Below, piece by piece: positions 9,357 through 19,800 of a stretch of 64,000 nt of DNA. Position 1 is the stretch's first letter, and each line of letters starts with the position of its first letter. The stretch covers positions 858,820 to 922,819 of the forward strand of contig NZ_KB900617.1 of NCBI RefSeq assembly GCF_000379025.1, in the 5' to 3' direction. The position numbers and the translations under genes were made by a program. The stretch comes from Orenia marismortui DSM 5156. GTDB taxonomy: Bacteria > Bacillota > Halanaerobiia > Halobacteroidales > Halobacteroidaceae. The notes under the pieces are model-generated. The model was not told the DNA's origin and did no database searches. It worked only from the letters and a program-made list of their open reading frames with translations.

Positions 9357-10367
9357 TTATTTCAACTCAAACACAATAGCAACACGCATTGTAACCAGAT
9401 TATTACCACTTCTTTTAGGTATCGGTGGAAAAGGTGCCGACCTCTTTAAGGTAGCTATGGCTTCATGATCAAGACTTGGATATCCTGAGGAATTAACCAC
9501 TCTTGATTTTTCCAACCTTCCATCACTCCTAATCACAAACTCTACTAAAGCCTTTCCTTCAAACTCTTGATCCCTTGCATATTGCGGATAACGCTTAGCA
9601 GCAGCAATCCTTCTTAGCACCATCTGGAAATAGCTTTCAGAAATCTCTTGTTTTTGCACACTATTTTGAGCTAAAGAGTTGTCAACTTCTTTAGTTGTTT
9701 GTTTTTGATTATTGGCAATTGGCCTTGACTTCTGTGCTCTTTCTTCTGCTACTTGTTCGGTAATTGATTCAGACTCCTTGACTACTTCCTCTACCTCTTC
9801 AGAAACAGGTTTTGGCTTTTCAACCGCTTCCTCTACCTCTTCAGAAACAGGTTTTGGCTTTTCAACCACTTCCTCTGCCTCTTCAGAAATAGGTTTTGGC
9901 TTTTCAACCACTTCCTCTACCTCTTCAGAAATAGGTTTTGGCTTTTCAACCACTTCCTCTACCTCTTCAGAAATAGGTTTTGGCTTTTCAACCACTTCCT
10001 CTACCTCTTCAGAAACAGGTTTTGGCTTTTCAACCACTTCCTCTACCTCTTCAGAAATGGGTTTTGGCTTTTCAACCACTTCCTCTACCTCTTCAGAAAT
10101 AGGTTTTGGCTTTTCAACCACTTCCTCTACCTCTTCAGAAATAGGTTTTGGCTTTTCAACAATCTCTTCCATATTTGTAGAGGATGGACTATTTTCTCCA
10201 ACCCGCTCTGGAGCTGGTGCTGCTGCAAACTCGATAGACATTTCTGTTGGAATTTCTACCACAGTGGAAGAATCATCATGAAATTTCCATGCTAAACCTA
10301 TCAATAAACAGTGGATTACAAGAGCAAGCAACAAAGCTGGTCGAATAAAATTATCATTTCCCTCCAT
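9357..10367 (-). CDS. tonB: TonB energy transducer carrying ten tandem 13-aa repeats (EKPKPISEEVEEVV) in its spacer.
   Basis: N-terminal TM helix; Pro/Glu/Lys-rich repeat spacer; C-terminal TonB domain '...GKALVEFVIRSDGRLEKSRVVNSSGYPSLDHEAIATLKR...'. Confidence 0.8.
   Translation of the reverse strand: MEGNDNFIRPALLLALVIHCLLIGLAWKFHDDSSTVVEIPTEMSIEFAAAPAPERVGENSPSSTNMEEIVEKPKPISEEVEEVVEKPKPISEEVEEVVEKPKPISEEVEEVVEKPKPVSEEVEEVVEKPKPISEEVEEVVEKPKPISEEVEEVVEKPKPISEEAEEVVEKPKPVSEEVEEAVEKPKPVSEEVEEVVKESESITEQVAEERAQKSRPIANNQKQTTKEVDNSLAQNSVQKQEISESYFQMVLRRIAAAKRYPQYARDQEFEGKALVEFVIRSDGRLEKSRVVNSSGYPSLDHEAIATLKRSAPFPPIPKRSGNNLVTMRVAIVFELK
9783..10172. repeat. Tandem 39-bp DNA repeat, about 10 near-identical copies ('cttcctctacctcttcagaaayaggttttggcttttcaacc'), lying inside tonB.
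   Basis: Direct reading of the sequence. The phantom plus-strand ORF 9712..10281 is its mirror image. Confidence 0.9.
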
Positions 10368-10779
10368 CGCTCACACCTGCTACTTGCTCAGTAGAGATGA
10401 CTAAGTCTTCCCCATTTGACTGTCGTGCAATATCCATTATCTTTACTACAAAACCCATTGGAACACTTTTATCTGCTTTAAGTACAACCTTTTTTGATTG
10501 CTTATCTACTAGTTTTTGAGTAAGTAAATTATGTAATTGCTCAATTTTCAATTCTTGTTGATCTAAAAAAATCTGTTGCTGCTGATCGACATAGATTACT
10601 AATGGCTCATTCAGCTCTTGATTCTCTCCAGTTGTCGCTTCTGGCAACTTAAGCTCAATACCACTATCAGTTACAAAGTTAGAGGTTAACATAAAAAAAA
10701 GCAAGAGCATAAATACAACATCAATCAACGGAGAAATATCCAAAGACATCTCTACACCCTTTGGTCTCTTAAAATCCAT
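10354..10779 (-). CDS. exbD: ExbD/TolR biopolymer transport protein. The start is probably at the internal Met 'MDFKRPKG'.
   Basis: One TM helix and an ExbD-family sequence, placed between exbB and tonB. Confidence 0.8.
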   Translation of the reverse strand: MDFKRPKGVEMSLDISPLIDVVFMLLLFFMLTSNFVTDSGIELKLPEATTGENQELNEPLVIYVDQQQQIFLDQQELKIEQLHNLLTQKLVDKQSKKVVLKADKSVPMGFVVKIMDIARQSNGEDLVISTEQVAGVSDGGK

Positions 10780-11425
10780 ACTCCATATCCTCCTTAGTTT
10801 CACCAAGCTCCGATTGCTTTTCTCCTAACCATTCTGATAAAAGCTGAACAGCTTCTTTCATATTGTTATAATAACCATCCAGCTTACCTTCAAAGTACTG
10901 ATAGAATAACATAGCCGGAATAGCAACTGTTAAGCCAGCAGCAGTAGTAATTAAAGCCTCTGATATTCCTCCAGCCAATACACTAGGATCAACACTTCCT
11001 CCTAATTCATAAATCTTCATAAAAGCTTTGATCATACCAGTCACAGTTCCCAATAAACCAATCAACGGAGATACATGGGCTATAATCCCTAAACCTCTAA
11101 TATTCTTACCCATCTTTTGTAGCTCTTTGGAGCCTATTCGTTGTAAAATTCTATCTCGTTCTTCCCGTGGTTTCTGGTAATTTTTAATTCCAGTACTTAG
11201 AACCTGAGAAACTGGACAATTAGTATCTTCGCAAACTTCCTTAGCTTCTAAGGTTCTATGTTGATAAACTAACTGTTCAACCTCTTCTAGTGTCTTGTCA
11301 GAGCAATCTTTTACTTTACTAAAATAATAGCATCGCTCTAAAACAATAGCTAAAACTATGGTAGAACAAATTAATAATGGGTACATAAAAACCCCACCTT
11401 TTTGAAATAACATATAAATATTCAT
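10769..11425 (-). CDS. exbB: ExbB/TolQ/MotA-family proton channel. The start is taken at 'MNIYMLF', which is preceded by the SD 'ggaggtaag'.
   Basis: Three TM helices; MotA/TolQ/ExbB sequence pattern; first gene of the exbB-exbD-tonB operon. Confidence 0.8.
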   Translation of the reverse strand: MNIYMLFQKGGVFMYPLLICSTIVLAIVLERCYYFSKVKDCSDKTLEEVEQLVYQHRTLEAKEVCEDTNCPVSQVLSTGIKNYQKPREERDRILQRIGSKELQKMGKNIRGLGIIAHVSPLIGLLGTVTGMIKAFMKIYELGGSVDPSVLAGGISEALITTAAGLTVAIPAMLFYQYFEGKLDGYYNNMKEAVQLLSEWLGEKQSELGETKEDMEYGF

Positions 11426-12221
11426 ATTACTTACCTCCATCTTCAAAGTAAAATACAATCATAATAACACTTAATATTTTTAATTCATCATATAAGAAAA
11501 TTTTAAGAATAAACCTTTTTAACCTGAAACGAAAATCATTTTCATTTTCAACCACAAATTATTTTATCAGCCATTTTTATAAATGTCAAATGATTATCTT
11601 GTTGTATATATATAAATTTATTGGCATTAGTCGGATTAAACAACAAAATGGACTATAACTAAATAATCTTTTTAAAGCAGACCAAAATCTGGTCAAAACT
11701 TGATTTTAATAAAGTAAACCTTTTAACTATCAATCTGACCACTTGTCATTTAGAAAATTTAGTTATCCAGCTTCCTGCTTATTAGCTTTTATGTAAATTT
11801 ATTTACTAAAATTAATCTCTCAAAAATGGTTAATACCTAAAAAATAGATTACAATGATAAATTTTAAAGGTGAATATAGACTCCTTTTCTACTATAAAGA
11901 TATTGATAGGTAGAGTAGATAGTTTAGAACTTAGTAGAGATAATCTAATTATAGATGCGCTATCAATCAGCAAATTGAGATAAAATTTAAAGTTAAAAAG
12001 ATCAATTATAAATGAATTGAAGAACTATAGATTAATAATTGAGGATTTAAGATAATTTGTGTATAATATGATTTATGACCAAAAAATGATCAATTTCTTA
12101 TAATCTACTTTCTAAATTTAGTGACATATAAAATAATATTTCTAGTGAGCAAATTTAATTTTAATATAATAAATATAAGTGATTATAAGAAGCTAATAAA
12201 ATATAAGATAGAAGGGATAAT

Positions 12222-13559
12222 ATGGAGAAAAGAAAAAAATTATATCAACTTGCAGGACCTATTTTTATTGAGGTTTTACTATTTATGCTACTGGGAATAG
12301 CAGATATATTTATGTTAAGTCAATTTGATGATAGGGCTGCTGGTGCCGTAGGAGCAGCTAATCAGATAATTGCTAATTTAAATTTAGTATTTGCAATAAT
12401 TTCAGCAGGAACAGCGGTTTTAGTAGCTCAGAATATTGGAGCAAGAAGAACACAAGAAGTTGAAAAGATAAGTGCTATATCTCTTATTGTAAATCTGTTA
12501 ATAGGATTGATTATAAGCATTAGTATGATTTTTGCTGGAGAATACATATTGACTAAAATGGGAGTTACTTCAGACTTGATGAAGTATGCTTCTGAGTATA
12601 TTGAAATTGTAGGTGGAGTATTATTCTTCCAAGCACTATTAAGTCCTTTAATTGCTATTATTAGAAGTCATGGTTATGCTAAACAAGGGATGATGATAAC
12701 TGTTGCTATGAATGTTATAAATATTTTGGGTGATGCAATCTTTATATTTGGTTTATTTGGGGCACCAATTTTAGGTGTTAAAGGTGTGGCAATAGCAACT
12801 ACTTTCAGTAGAATAGTGGCAACAGTAGCTGCTTTTATCTTCTTATTTAAAAAGCTATTACCAGTAACTATATTCTCTCATTTAAAGGAGAAACCAATGA
12901 AAGTACTTAAGAAACTATTTAAAGTAGGATTTCCAGCAGCGATGGAAAATATGTCATATAACGTATCTCAGACAGTAATCATGAGCATTATACTGATCAA
13001 CCTTGGTGAATTACCATATATAACAAGAACTTATGTTTGGACAATAGGTTGGTCTGTCATGCTATTTTCAATAGCTATTGGACAAGCAAGTCAAATAATG
13101 ATTGGCCAGCTGGTAGGGGCCAATCAAATAGATGCAGCTTATAAAACTGGTATTAATAACCTTAAAATTTCTATGCTTATTACAACCTTAGGTAGTATAG
13201 TGATATTCTTTTTTGGAAGTTTTTTTATGAGCCTTTATACCGATAACCCCAAAATTATACTGTTAGGATCTTCAATTCTGATGATAGATGCCTTTTTGGA
13301 ACCAGGAAGAAATTTTAATGTTGTACTTATTAACAGTTTACGGGGTACTGGTGATGTAATTTTCCCTGTGGTGATGGCCATTATCTCTATGTGGGGGGTT
13401 GCAGTTTTAGGTGGATACTTCTTTGGAGTAGTTTTGGGCTATGGACTTCCTGGTATCTGGGTAGGGTTGGCTCTTGATGAATGGATTAGAGGAATCTGTA
13501 TGTTACTTAGGTGGCGTAGTAGAAAGTGGACTAAGAAAGTAATGGTGCATAGTAACTGA
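12222..13559 (+). CDS. MATE-family multidrug/oligosaccharidyl-lipid efflux transporter (445 aa).
   Basis: Twelve TM helices and MATE (NorM-like) sequence features. Confidence 0.85.
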   Translation: MEKRKKLYQLAGPIFIEVLLFMLLGIADIFMLSQFDDRAAGAVGAANQIIANLNLVFAIISAGTAVLVAQNIGARRTQEVEKISAISLIVNLLIGLIISISMIFAGEYILTKMGVTSDLMKYASEYIEIVGGVLFFQALLSPLIAIIRSHGYAKQGMMITVAMNVINILGDAIFIFGLFGAPILGVKGVAIATTFSRIVATVAAFIFLFKKLLPVTIFSHLKEKPMKVLKKLFKVGFPAAMENMSYNVSQTVIMSIILINLGELPYITRTYVWTIGWSVMLFSIAIGQASQIMIGQLVGANQIDAAYKTGINNLKISMLITTLGSIVIFFFGSFFMSLYTDNPKIILLGSSILMIDAFLEPGRNFNVVLINSLRGTGDVIFPVVMAIISMWGVAVLGGYFFGVVLGYGLPGIWVGLALDEWIRGICMLLRWRSRKWTKKVMVHSN

Positions 13560-13577
13560 TTACAAATATACAAAAAA

Positions 13578-13603
13578 AGATAGACCCTGCCAGGGTCTAT
13601 CCG
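13578..13603 (-). terminator. Terminator hairpin 'atagaccctgccagggtctat' after thrC. It follows the T7 run on the minus strand.
   Basis: The minus-strand read is 'atagaccctggcagggtctatctttttttg'. Confidence 0.6.
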
Positions 13604-13612
13604 AATTAAATA

Positions 13613-15175
13613 TTATATTCCTAAAATATCCTTAACCTCTGCTTTAATTGCTGTAGTATTACAATTTCTATTATGTCTAATCTCTTTCTCTTCCAATCCT
13701 TTTAATCCTCGATGAATCTCTAATCCAGTTACTTCATTTAATTTCTTTAAGATCTTAAATTCATTCTCTGCTGCAACATCTCCCTCTAAAGCTTCAAGTA
13801 CTGACTTGCTAAACTTATAAGGATTTGCTGTAGAATCAATTATTGTTATTGTATTATCCCTTGTTTCCTCTACATACTTTTGATAAGAATCAACTCCTAC
13901 AGCAGTATGAGTATCTAAAGTATAATCATATTCTTTAAAAACTTCTGTAATTATATCTTGCGTCTCCTCTTCTGTAGTCCATTCCCCTACAAAAAGACCT
14001 TGAATCTTCTTTCTAGTAGCTTCATCAACCTCAAATTTTCCAGTCTCTTTTAAATCTTTGTACCATTGATTAATCTTATCAGCATCATGTCCAGTCATCT
14101 CAAATAAAAATCTTTCTAAATTAGAAGAAATTAAAATATCCATTGATGGACTGATCGTCTTATGAAAATCACGATTAATATCATAAATACCTGTATTTAG
14201 AAAATCCGTCAAAACCTTATTTGTATTAGATGCACAGATAAATTTATTAACTGCTAATCCCATCTGTGAAGCATAATAAGCTGCTAGGATATTACCAAAG
14301 TTACCTGTTGGTACAGAAATATTTATCTTCTCTCCTTTACTTATGCTTTCATCTCTTAGTAAATATGCATAGGTTGAGAAATAATAAATAATCTGTGGTA
14401 CTAATCTACCCCAGTTAATAGAATTAGCTGAAGAAAATTGATAATTGTTTTGATTGATTAAATTGTTAAATTCTTTATCAGCAAAGATCTCCTTAACAGC
14501 ACTTTGACAGTCATCAAAGTTACCTTCAACACTAACAACTACAGTATTATCACCTTCTGTTGTCAACATCTGAGCTTCTTGCACCTTACTAACTCCATCA
14601 TCAGGATAGAAGACAATAATCTTTATTCCATCTACATCCTTAAAACCTTCTAAAGCCGCCTTACCAGTATCTCCAGAGGTAGCAACTAGAATTACAACCT
14701 CTTTATCTGAATCAGACTTATTAATAGCCTTTACTAACAGATGTGGTAATATTTGTAATGCCATATCCTTAAAAGCAGCTGTTGGACCATGCCATAGCTC
14801 TAATATGTACAGATTATCATCTAACTTCACAACTGGAGCTATATCCTGATCTACAAAACTATTTTCATTATATGCTGCCTCAATAACCTCTTTTAATTCT
14901 TCTTGACTATAATCTGTTAGGAATTTTTCTAATATTTGATAAGCAATCTCTTGATAATTAAGCTCATTCATCTGATAAATCTCATCTTGACTAAAAGCTG
15001 GTACAGTTTCAGGTACAAATAATCCCCCTTCAGGTACCATCCCTAAACGAATTGCTTCTGCTGCACTAACCCCTTCATAATTTCCCCGTGTACTGATATA
15101 TTTCATCCTACTCCATCCTTTCTGCTCGAATATATTAGTTTGCTTAATTATATCAAAGGAAGGTGTAGTTGACAA
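13613..15175 (-). CDS. thrC: Threonine synthase (long form, 520 aa).
   Basis: Thr_synth_N domain 'YISTRGN...'; PLP-lysine motif 'FKDMALQ'; tryptophan-synthase-beta fold. Confidence 0.85.
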   Translation of the reverse strand: MSTTPSFDIIKQTNIFEQKGWSRMKYISTRGNYEGVSAAEAIRLGMVPEGGLFVPETVPAFSQDEIYQMNELNYQEIAYQILEKFLTDYSQEELKEVIEAAYNENSFVDQDIAPVVKLDDNLYILELWHGPTAAFKDMALQILPHLLVKAINKSDSDKEVVILVATSGDTGKAALEGFKDVDGIKIIVFYPDDGVSKVQEAQMLTTEGDNTVVVSVEGNFDDCQSAVKEIFADKEFNNLINQNNYQFSSANSINWGRLVPQIIYYFSTYAYLLRDESISKGEKINISVPTGNFGNILAAYYASQMGLAVNKFICASNTNKVLTDFLNTGIYDINRDFHKTISPSMDILISSNLERFLFEMTGHDADKINQWYKDLKETGKFEVDEATRKKIQGLFVGEWTTEEETQDIITEVFKEYDYTLDTHTAVGVDSYQKYVEETRDNTITIIDSTANPYKFSKSVLEALEGDVAAENEFKILKKLNEVTGLEIHRGLKGLEEKEIRHNRNCNTTAIKAEVKDILGI

Positions 15176-15216
15176 TGTAGAATTGATAATTAATGGATTA
15201 AAAATTTTAATCTATT

Positions 15217-16641
15217 CTATAACAAGAAGATTGCCACTATTGTTGTTACTACAAGACCAATTACAACTGGTACTAAATTTCTTCTAGCTAATTCAAAAGG
15301 GCTTACATCACAAATAGCCGCTACTGGAATAATTGCCCATGGTACTAAAGTACCACCTCCTACCCAAATAGCTGCTATTTGACCTAAAGCAGTGAGAGTA
15401 TCTATTCCTGAGCCAATAGCTGTAGCAAATAATTTTGCTACAGAACCTGCTAAAGAAATACCTGAAAATCCTGAACCATCTAAACCAGTAATGGTACCTA
15501 CAATTGTTAAAGTTATAGAGGCAATAGCTTTGTTAAGAGGTACAGTTTGGGCTAAAACAACTCCTAAATCGTTGACTAAACCAGTAGAACCTTCTGGTAA
15601 GACATTACCAAATACTGATACAAACCCCATATCCCCCATATAAAAGAATGCTGCTATTGGAATTACAGGGGCAAAGACTTTAAAACCAAACTGTAAACCT
15701 TTAATCAAATATTCTGTTATTTCTTCTAAACCTTCATTTTTATACGCTAATAAAGTAATCAAAGTAAAAATAAATATAGAGGTTCCACCAATTAAAGCAG
15801 TAGCATCTCCCCCCTGTAAGTTAGCCAAGACCATAACTATTATATCTATAGTAAACAATATAAAAATTAAAATTGCTAATATTCTTTTGATATTTGTTGA
15901 TAAAATTCTTTTAAAAGACTTATTATTACTCTGATCTTCACTATTACTATCAAAATCTCCAGCTTTAATCTTTAATAGACCCTTTTTCATATCATGCCTT
16001 AAAAATAAGAAAGCTGTTAAAGTGGTTACAAAGCCCATAACTAATACTAGGGGAATACTTGCACTTATTACATCAGCGACGGGAATACCAGCTGCATCAG
16101 CTGTTAACTTGGGAGCTCCTTGAATTACCAGGTCACTAGATAGAGCAATACCATGCCCAAATAAATTCATAGCAATAGCTACTCCAATAGGTGGCAGCCC
16201 TACTTTAATTGCTACAGGTAATAAGACAGCTCCCATTAATGCTGTAGCTGGAGATGGCCAGAAGAACAAAGATATAAGCATCATTAAAATACCAATAACC
16301 CAATAGGCTAAAGTCGGAGTCTTTATAAATTTAGTAAAAGGTGAGATCATAACTTCATTGATTCCTGTATCTTGAAGCACCTGACTCATAGCATAAACAA
16401 TTGAAATAATCAAAATAGTACCCATTAACTCTTTAATAGCGTAAATCAAACTACTAAATACACCAATTACTGATTGAGATAAAGAACCTGTAGCTAAAAG
16501 TCCCAACATAAATACTCCAATTAAGCATACCAAGGTAGTATCTCTTTTTCGAACCATGGTTCCCACAATAAATAAGATAAAAAGCAAATAAACCCAATGC
16601 AATATATTAAGGTTAATATTCATAGACTCCCCTCCTTTCAA
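15217..16641 (-). CDS. Polytopic membrane transporter of uncertain family (474 aa).
   Basis: At least ten predicted TM helices. I recognised no diagnostic motif. Confidence 0.5.
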   Translation of the reverse strand: MKGGESMNINLNILHWVYLLFILFIVGTMVRKRDTTLVCLIGVFMLGLLATGSLSQSVIGVFSSLIYAIKELMGTILIISIVYAMSQVLQDTGINEVMISPFTKFIKTPTLAYWVIGILMMLISLFFWPSPATALMGAVLLPVAIKVGLPPIGVAIAMNLFGHGIALSSDLVIQGAPKLTADAAGIPVADVISASIPLVLVMGFVTTLTAFLFLRHDMKKGLLKIKAGDFDSNSEDQSNNKSFKRILSTNIKRILAILIFILFTIDIIVMVLANLQGGDATALIGGTSIFIFTLITLLAYKNEGLEEITEYLIKGLQFGFKVFAPVIPIAAFFYMGDMGFVSVFGNVLPEGSTGLVNDLGVVLAQTVPLNKAIASITLTIVGTITGLDGSGFSGISLAGSVAKLFATAIGSGIDTLTALGQIAAIWVGGGTLVPWAIIPVAAICDVSPFELARRNLVPVVIGLVVTTIVAIFLL

Positions 16642-16817
16642 TAGAAAATATATTCTCTGATTTGCATTAGCTTATGCCTATAAAAATCAATTAGTGAAAG
16701 AAGTTAAGAGGACTGATGATTTAAAACTCTAGCTAATATACAATTCTATTATCTTAATAAATAAGAATATTAACTAATATCCCATAAAATCATTAATTAA
16801 ATTTATACTCAAAAAAT

Positions 16818-16858
16818 AAAGACTGCTGATATGAACGTTCATATCAGCAGTCTTTATT
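16818..16858. terminator. Bidirectional terminator. It is a perfect 38-bp palindrome 'aaagactgctgatatgaacgttcatatcagcagtcttt' flanked by A and T runs.
   Basis: Direct reading of the sequence. It lies downstream of the 1628-aa ATPase gene. Confidence 0.75.
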
Positions 16859-16886
16859 TTTCTTATTTAATTTTCACTACTAATCC

Positions 16887-19800
16887 TTACTTCATGCTAT
16901 TTCCTATTAACTTAAGACTTTCTCCTATCTGATTTAATTCTTGAATTACTTGTATTACATTTTGACCATCTTTTTCTGATTTTTTCTTAAGATATATCTC
17001 TTTTATCTCTTGCCATCTCTGCTGTTGTTCTTCTGTCATTCTATTACTGATCTCATAGAATTTCAACAAACTTGCTTCTGCTTCAGTTGCCAAAGTCTGA
17101 GCATCATTAATATAACTATTCTCTACTAATCCCTTGATTTCATTGTCATTCATAATTGGAACTACTTTTTCTACTATTTTGTTAATATTTCTATAAGAAC
17201 CTTGTAATTTAAATGGTGGTTCTGTTCTGTATTCATCACTTTGAGATGAGGAATAAATATACTCCATATTTACCTTCAAAATTTCATCTCTTATCTTCAG
17301 ACAGCTTTCTAATACACTTAAAGCCTCTTCTATTTCTTCCTCAGTATAGCTTCCATTTAAATCAATATCTCCCCTATCTCCAGTATCAATAGCTTGAATC
17401 AATTTATAAATATCTCCAGAATCTTTCATATAGATATTATTTAAGTAAGTATTTGAAGTAACAGCATTCTCTATATAACTGAGCTTAAAGGCCTCTTCAT
17501 TCTCCCTTAACATATCACCTAAGTTATAAACATCAGCTCTATTTGCTAACATATCAGGAATCTTAAACTTATCACCACTTTCAGTATAAGGATTTCCTGC
17601 CATTACCACAGCAACCTTCTTACCTCTAAACTCATAGGTCTTACTAACCCCATTATAAACACCTTCAATCTTTCTCTGCCCATCACACAAAGAGATAAAC
17701 TTCTGCAAAAATTCTGGGTTTGAATGCTGGATATCATCTAAATAAATCATTACATTATTTCCAAGTTCAAAGGCTAAATTTAATTTTTTCAACTCTTCTC
17801 TCGCCCCTGCATTTTTAGCTTCTGCTGGATCAAGAGAAGTAACACCATGACCAATTGTTGGACAGTTCACCTTGACTAACATCATACTCAATCTATTAGC
17901 AACATACTCCATTAGGGTAGTTTTACCATAACCTGGTGGAGATATCATTAGTAACATCCCCATGTTATCAGTTCTCTTATTCTTTCCTGCTGTACCTATC
18001 TGTTTTGCTAAATTATCACCGATTAAAGGTAGATAAACTTGGTCTATTAACTTACTTCTTACAAAGGAGGTTAAGACCTTAGGTTGTAAATCATTAAAAT
18101 TAATTTTATTTTTTATCTCTTCAATCTTAGCAAATTTTAATTGCTGGAATTTTTGATATTGTGGTATAATCTTATTTTTGAAATTATCTAACTTATGAAG
18201 AAAATCTATCAGATTAATTTGATATTTACCATTATCAATCACCTTATGAGTACCTACTAACTTATCTATAATCATTTCTGATTTTTTATTAATTGCTCGT
18301 CGATTGGAATAGTCACCTAAGATTAAACTCACTAAGACTTCATAGATATAGTCATTAAACTCTAACTCTTCTTCATATAAGTAAGATTGAACCCATTCAT
18401 TCACTAAAATATATCTTCCTTCTAAGTCATCACTTAAATTCTCTAAGGATTTTTTGAAGTCTTTTTTTCCTCCCTTTGAGATTAAAAAGTTATCAAAATT
18501 CTCATATATCTCTGCTGCTTCTACACTCAATACAAAAGTTTCATTCTGACTTATCTCTTTTGCTAAATATTCAGCAATTTTTTGATTATCATCAGTCTCT
18601 ATCCAGGGATTTTCATCTACAAAAGATTCTACCTCTTTAGCTAGACTTGGAATAAATCCTTCTATTAAGCCACGTTTAGAATATTTTGAGATCATATTTA
18701 CAGTCTTTAATCTATTTTGAAGCTTCTCTTTTCTTTCTTGAATTAAGCCAAATTGCCAAAATAAATTGGCTACAGCTCTAACTTTTGGGTTATAAGAAGC
18801 TAATTCTAACTCCCAATATATATTAACTAGAGTAGATAATATTTTATACGCATCATGATCATGAACACCTTTAGTATAATACTCATTAGAATGCTCTTGT
18901 ATATACTCTTTTATAATCCTATTTAAAGTCTGTTCATCTTTTTGATACAACTCTTCTAAAGAATTATTCTCTTGATAATTTTTAAAGATATTATATGCTA
19001 AAAACTCTCCTCGATATACTTCTTCATTTTCAGAGATAACTTTCTGGTCCCAAACCTCTTGATAATTGCTAAATTCTTCTGCATCTACCTGCTCCCAAAA
19101 GTCGGTACCAGAAATATGAAAATAGAATCCATCCTCTTTTTTAAGTAGACTAAGCTCAGGCTTTTGATTGTTTACAAGGAAATGATTATTCCCAAACTTA
19201 ATAGTATTCTCATCTAAGAATAGTTCCTTTTTATCCTTTAATTGCTTAATACTCGACTCTTTTAAAGACTTTAACTTATTTTCAATATCATCGGCTTTAG
19301 TACTATCACCAAGCTCTATCAACTGTTCTATAATATCTCTTATCTTATCTACCATAGGGCTAGTTGATAATAGTTCATTAATAGAACTTACTTCTTCAAA
19401 AGATTTTACCCTGTTTTTCAAACTTTTAAAGATTCTATCGGCAGCATTACTCAAAGAATCTATCTTTTTATTCTTCTTTTCAATTAATTGTTGCTTTTTG
19501 GACTCAAAGGTTGAGATTACTTCATCCCTTTTTTCAGTTAACATTACTAAAAATTCATCAAAATCAGAAAATTTACTTTCTAACTCATCAATCTGAACTA
19601 TTATTTTGGACATATAATCTTCGGTTTTTTCTACATTAGTAGATAAATCTAAATAGTTGGATACAGAATGAGTCAACAAATTCAGCTTGGAATAAAACTC
19701 CGCCTCTTTTTCTCTAGCATTCAAATTATCTATCTTATTCTTTAATTTAGATTTACTTTGATTCAAATTGGAAAAAAGCACAGAAATCTTATCGATTATC

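Noticed and set aside
9712-10281. Plus-strand ORF of 189 aa with GFGFS repeats, and a possible CRISPR-like array.
   Set aside because: It is the mirror image of the tonB tandem repeat. The repeats are contiguous with no unique spacers and lie in-frame inside tonB, so this is not a CRISPR array and not a separate gene.
15392-15643. Plus-strand ORF of 83 aa.
   Set aside because: It lies antisense inside the transporter gene.
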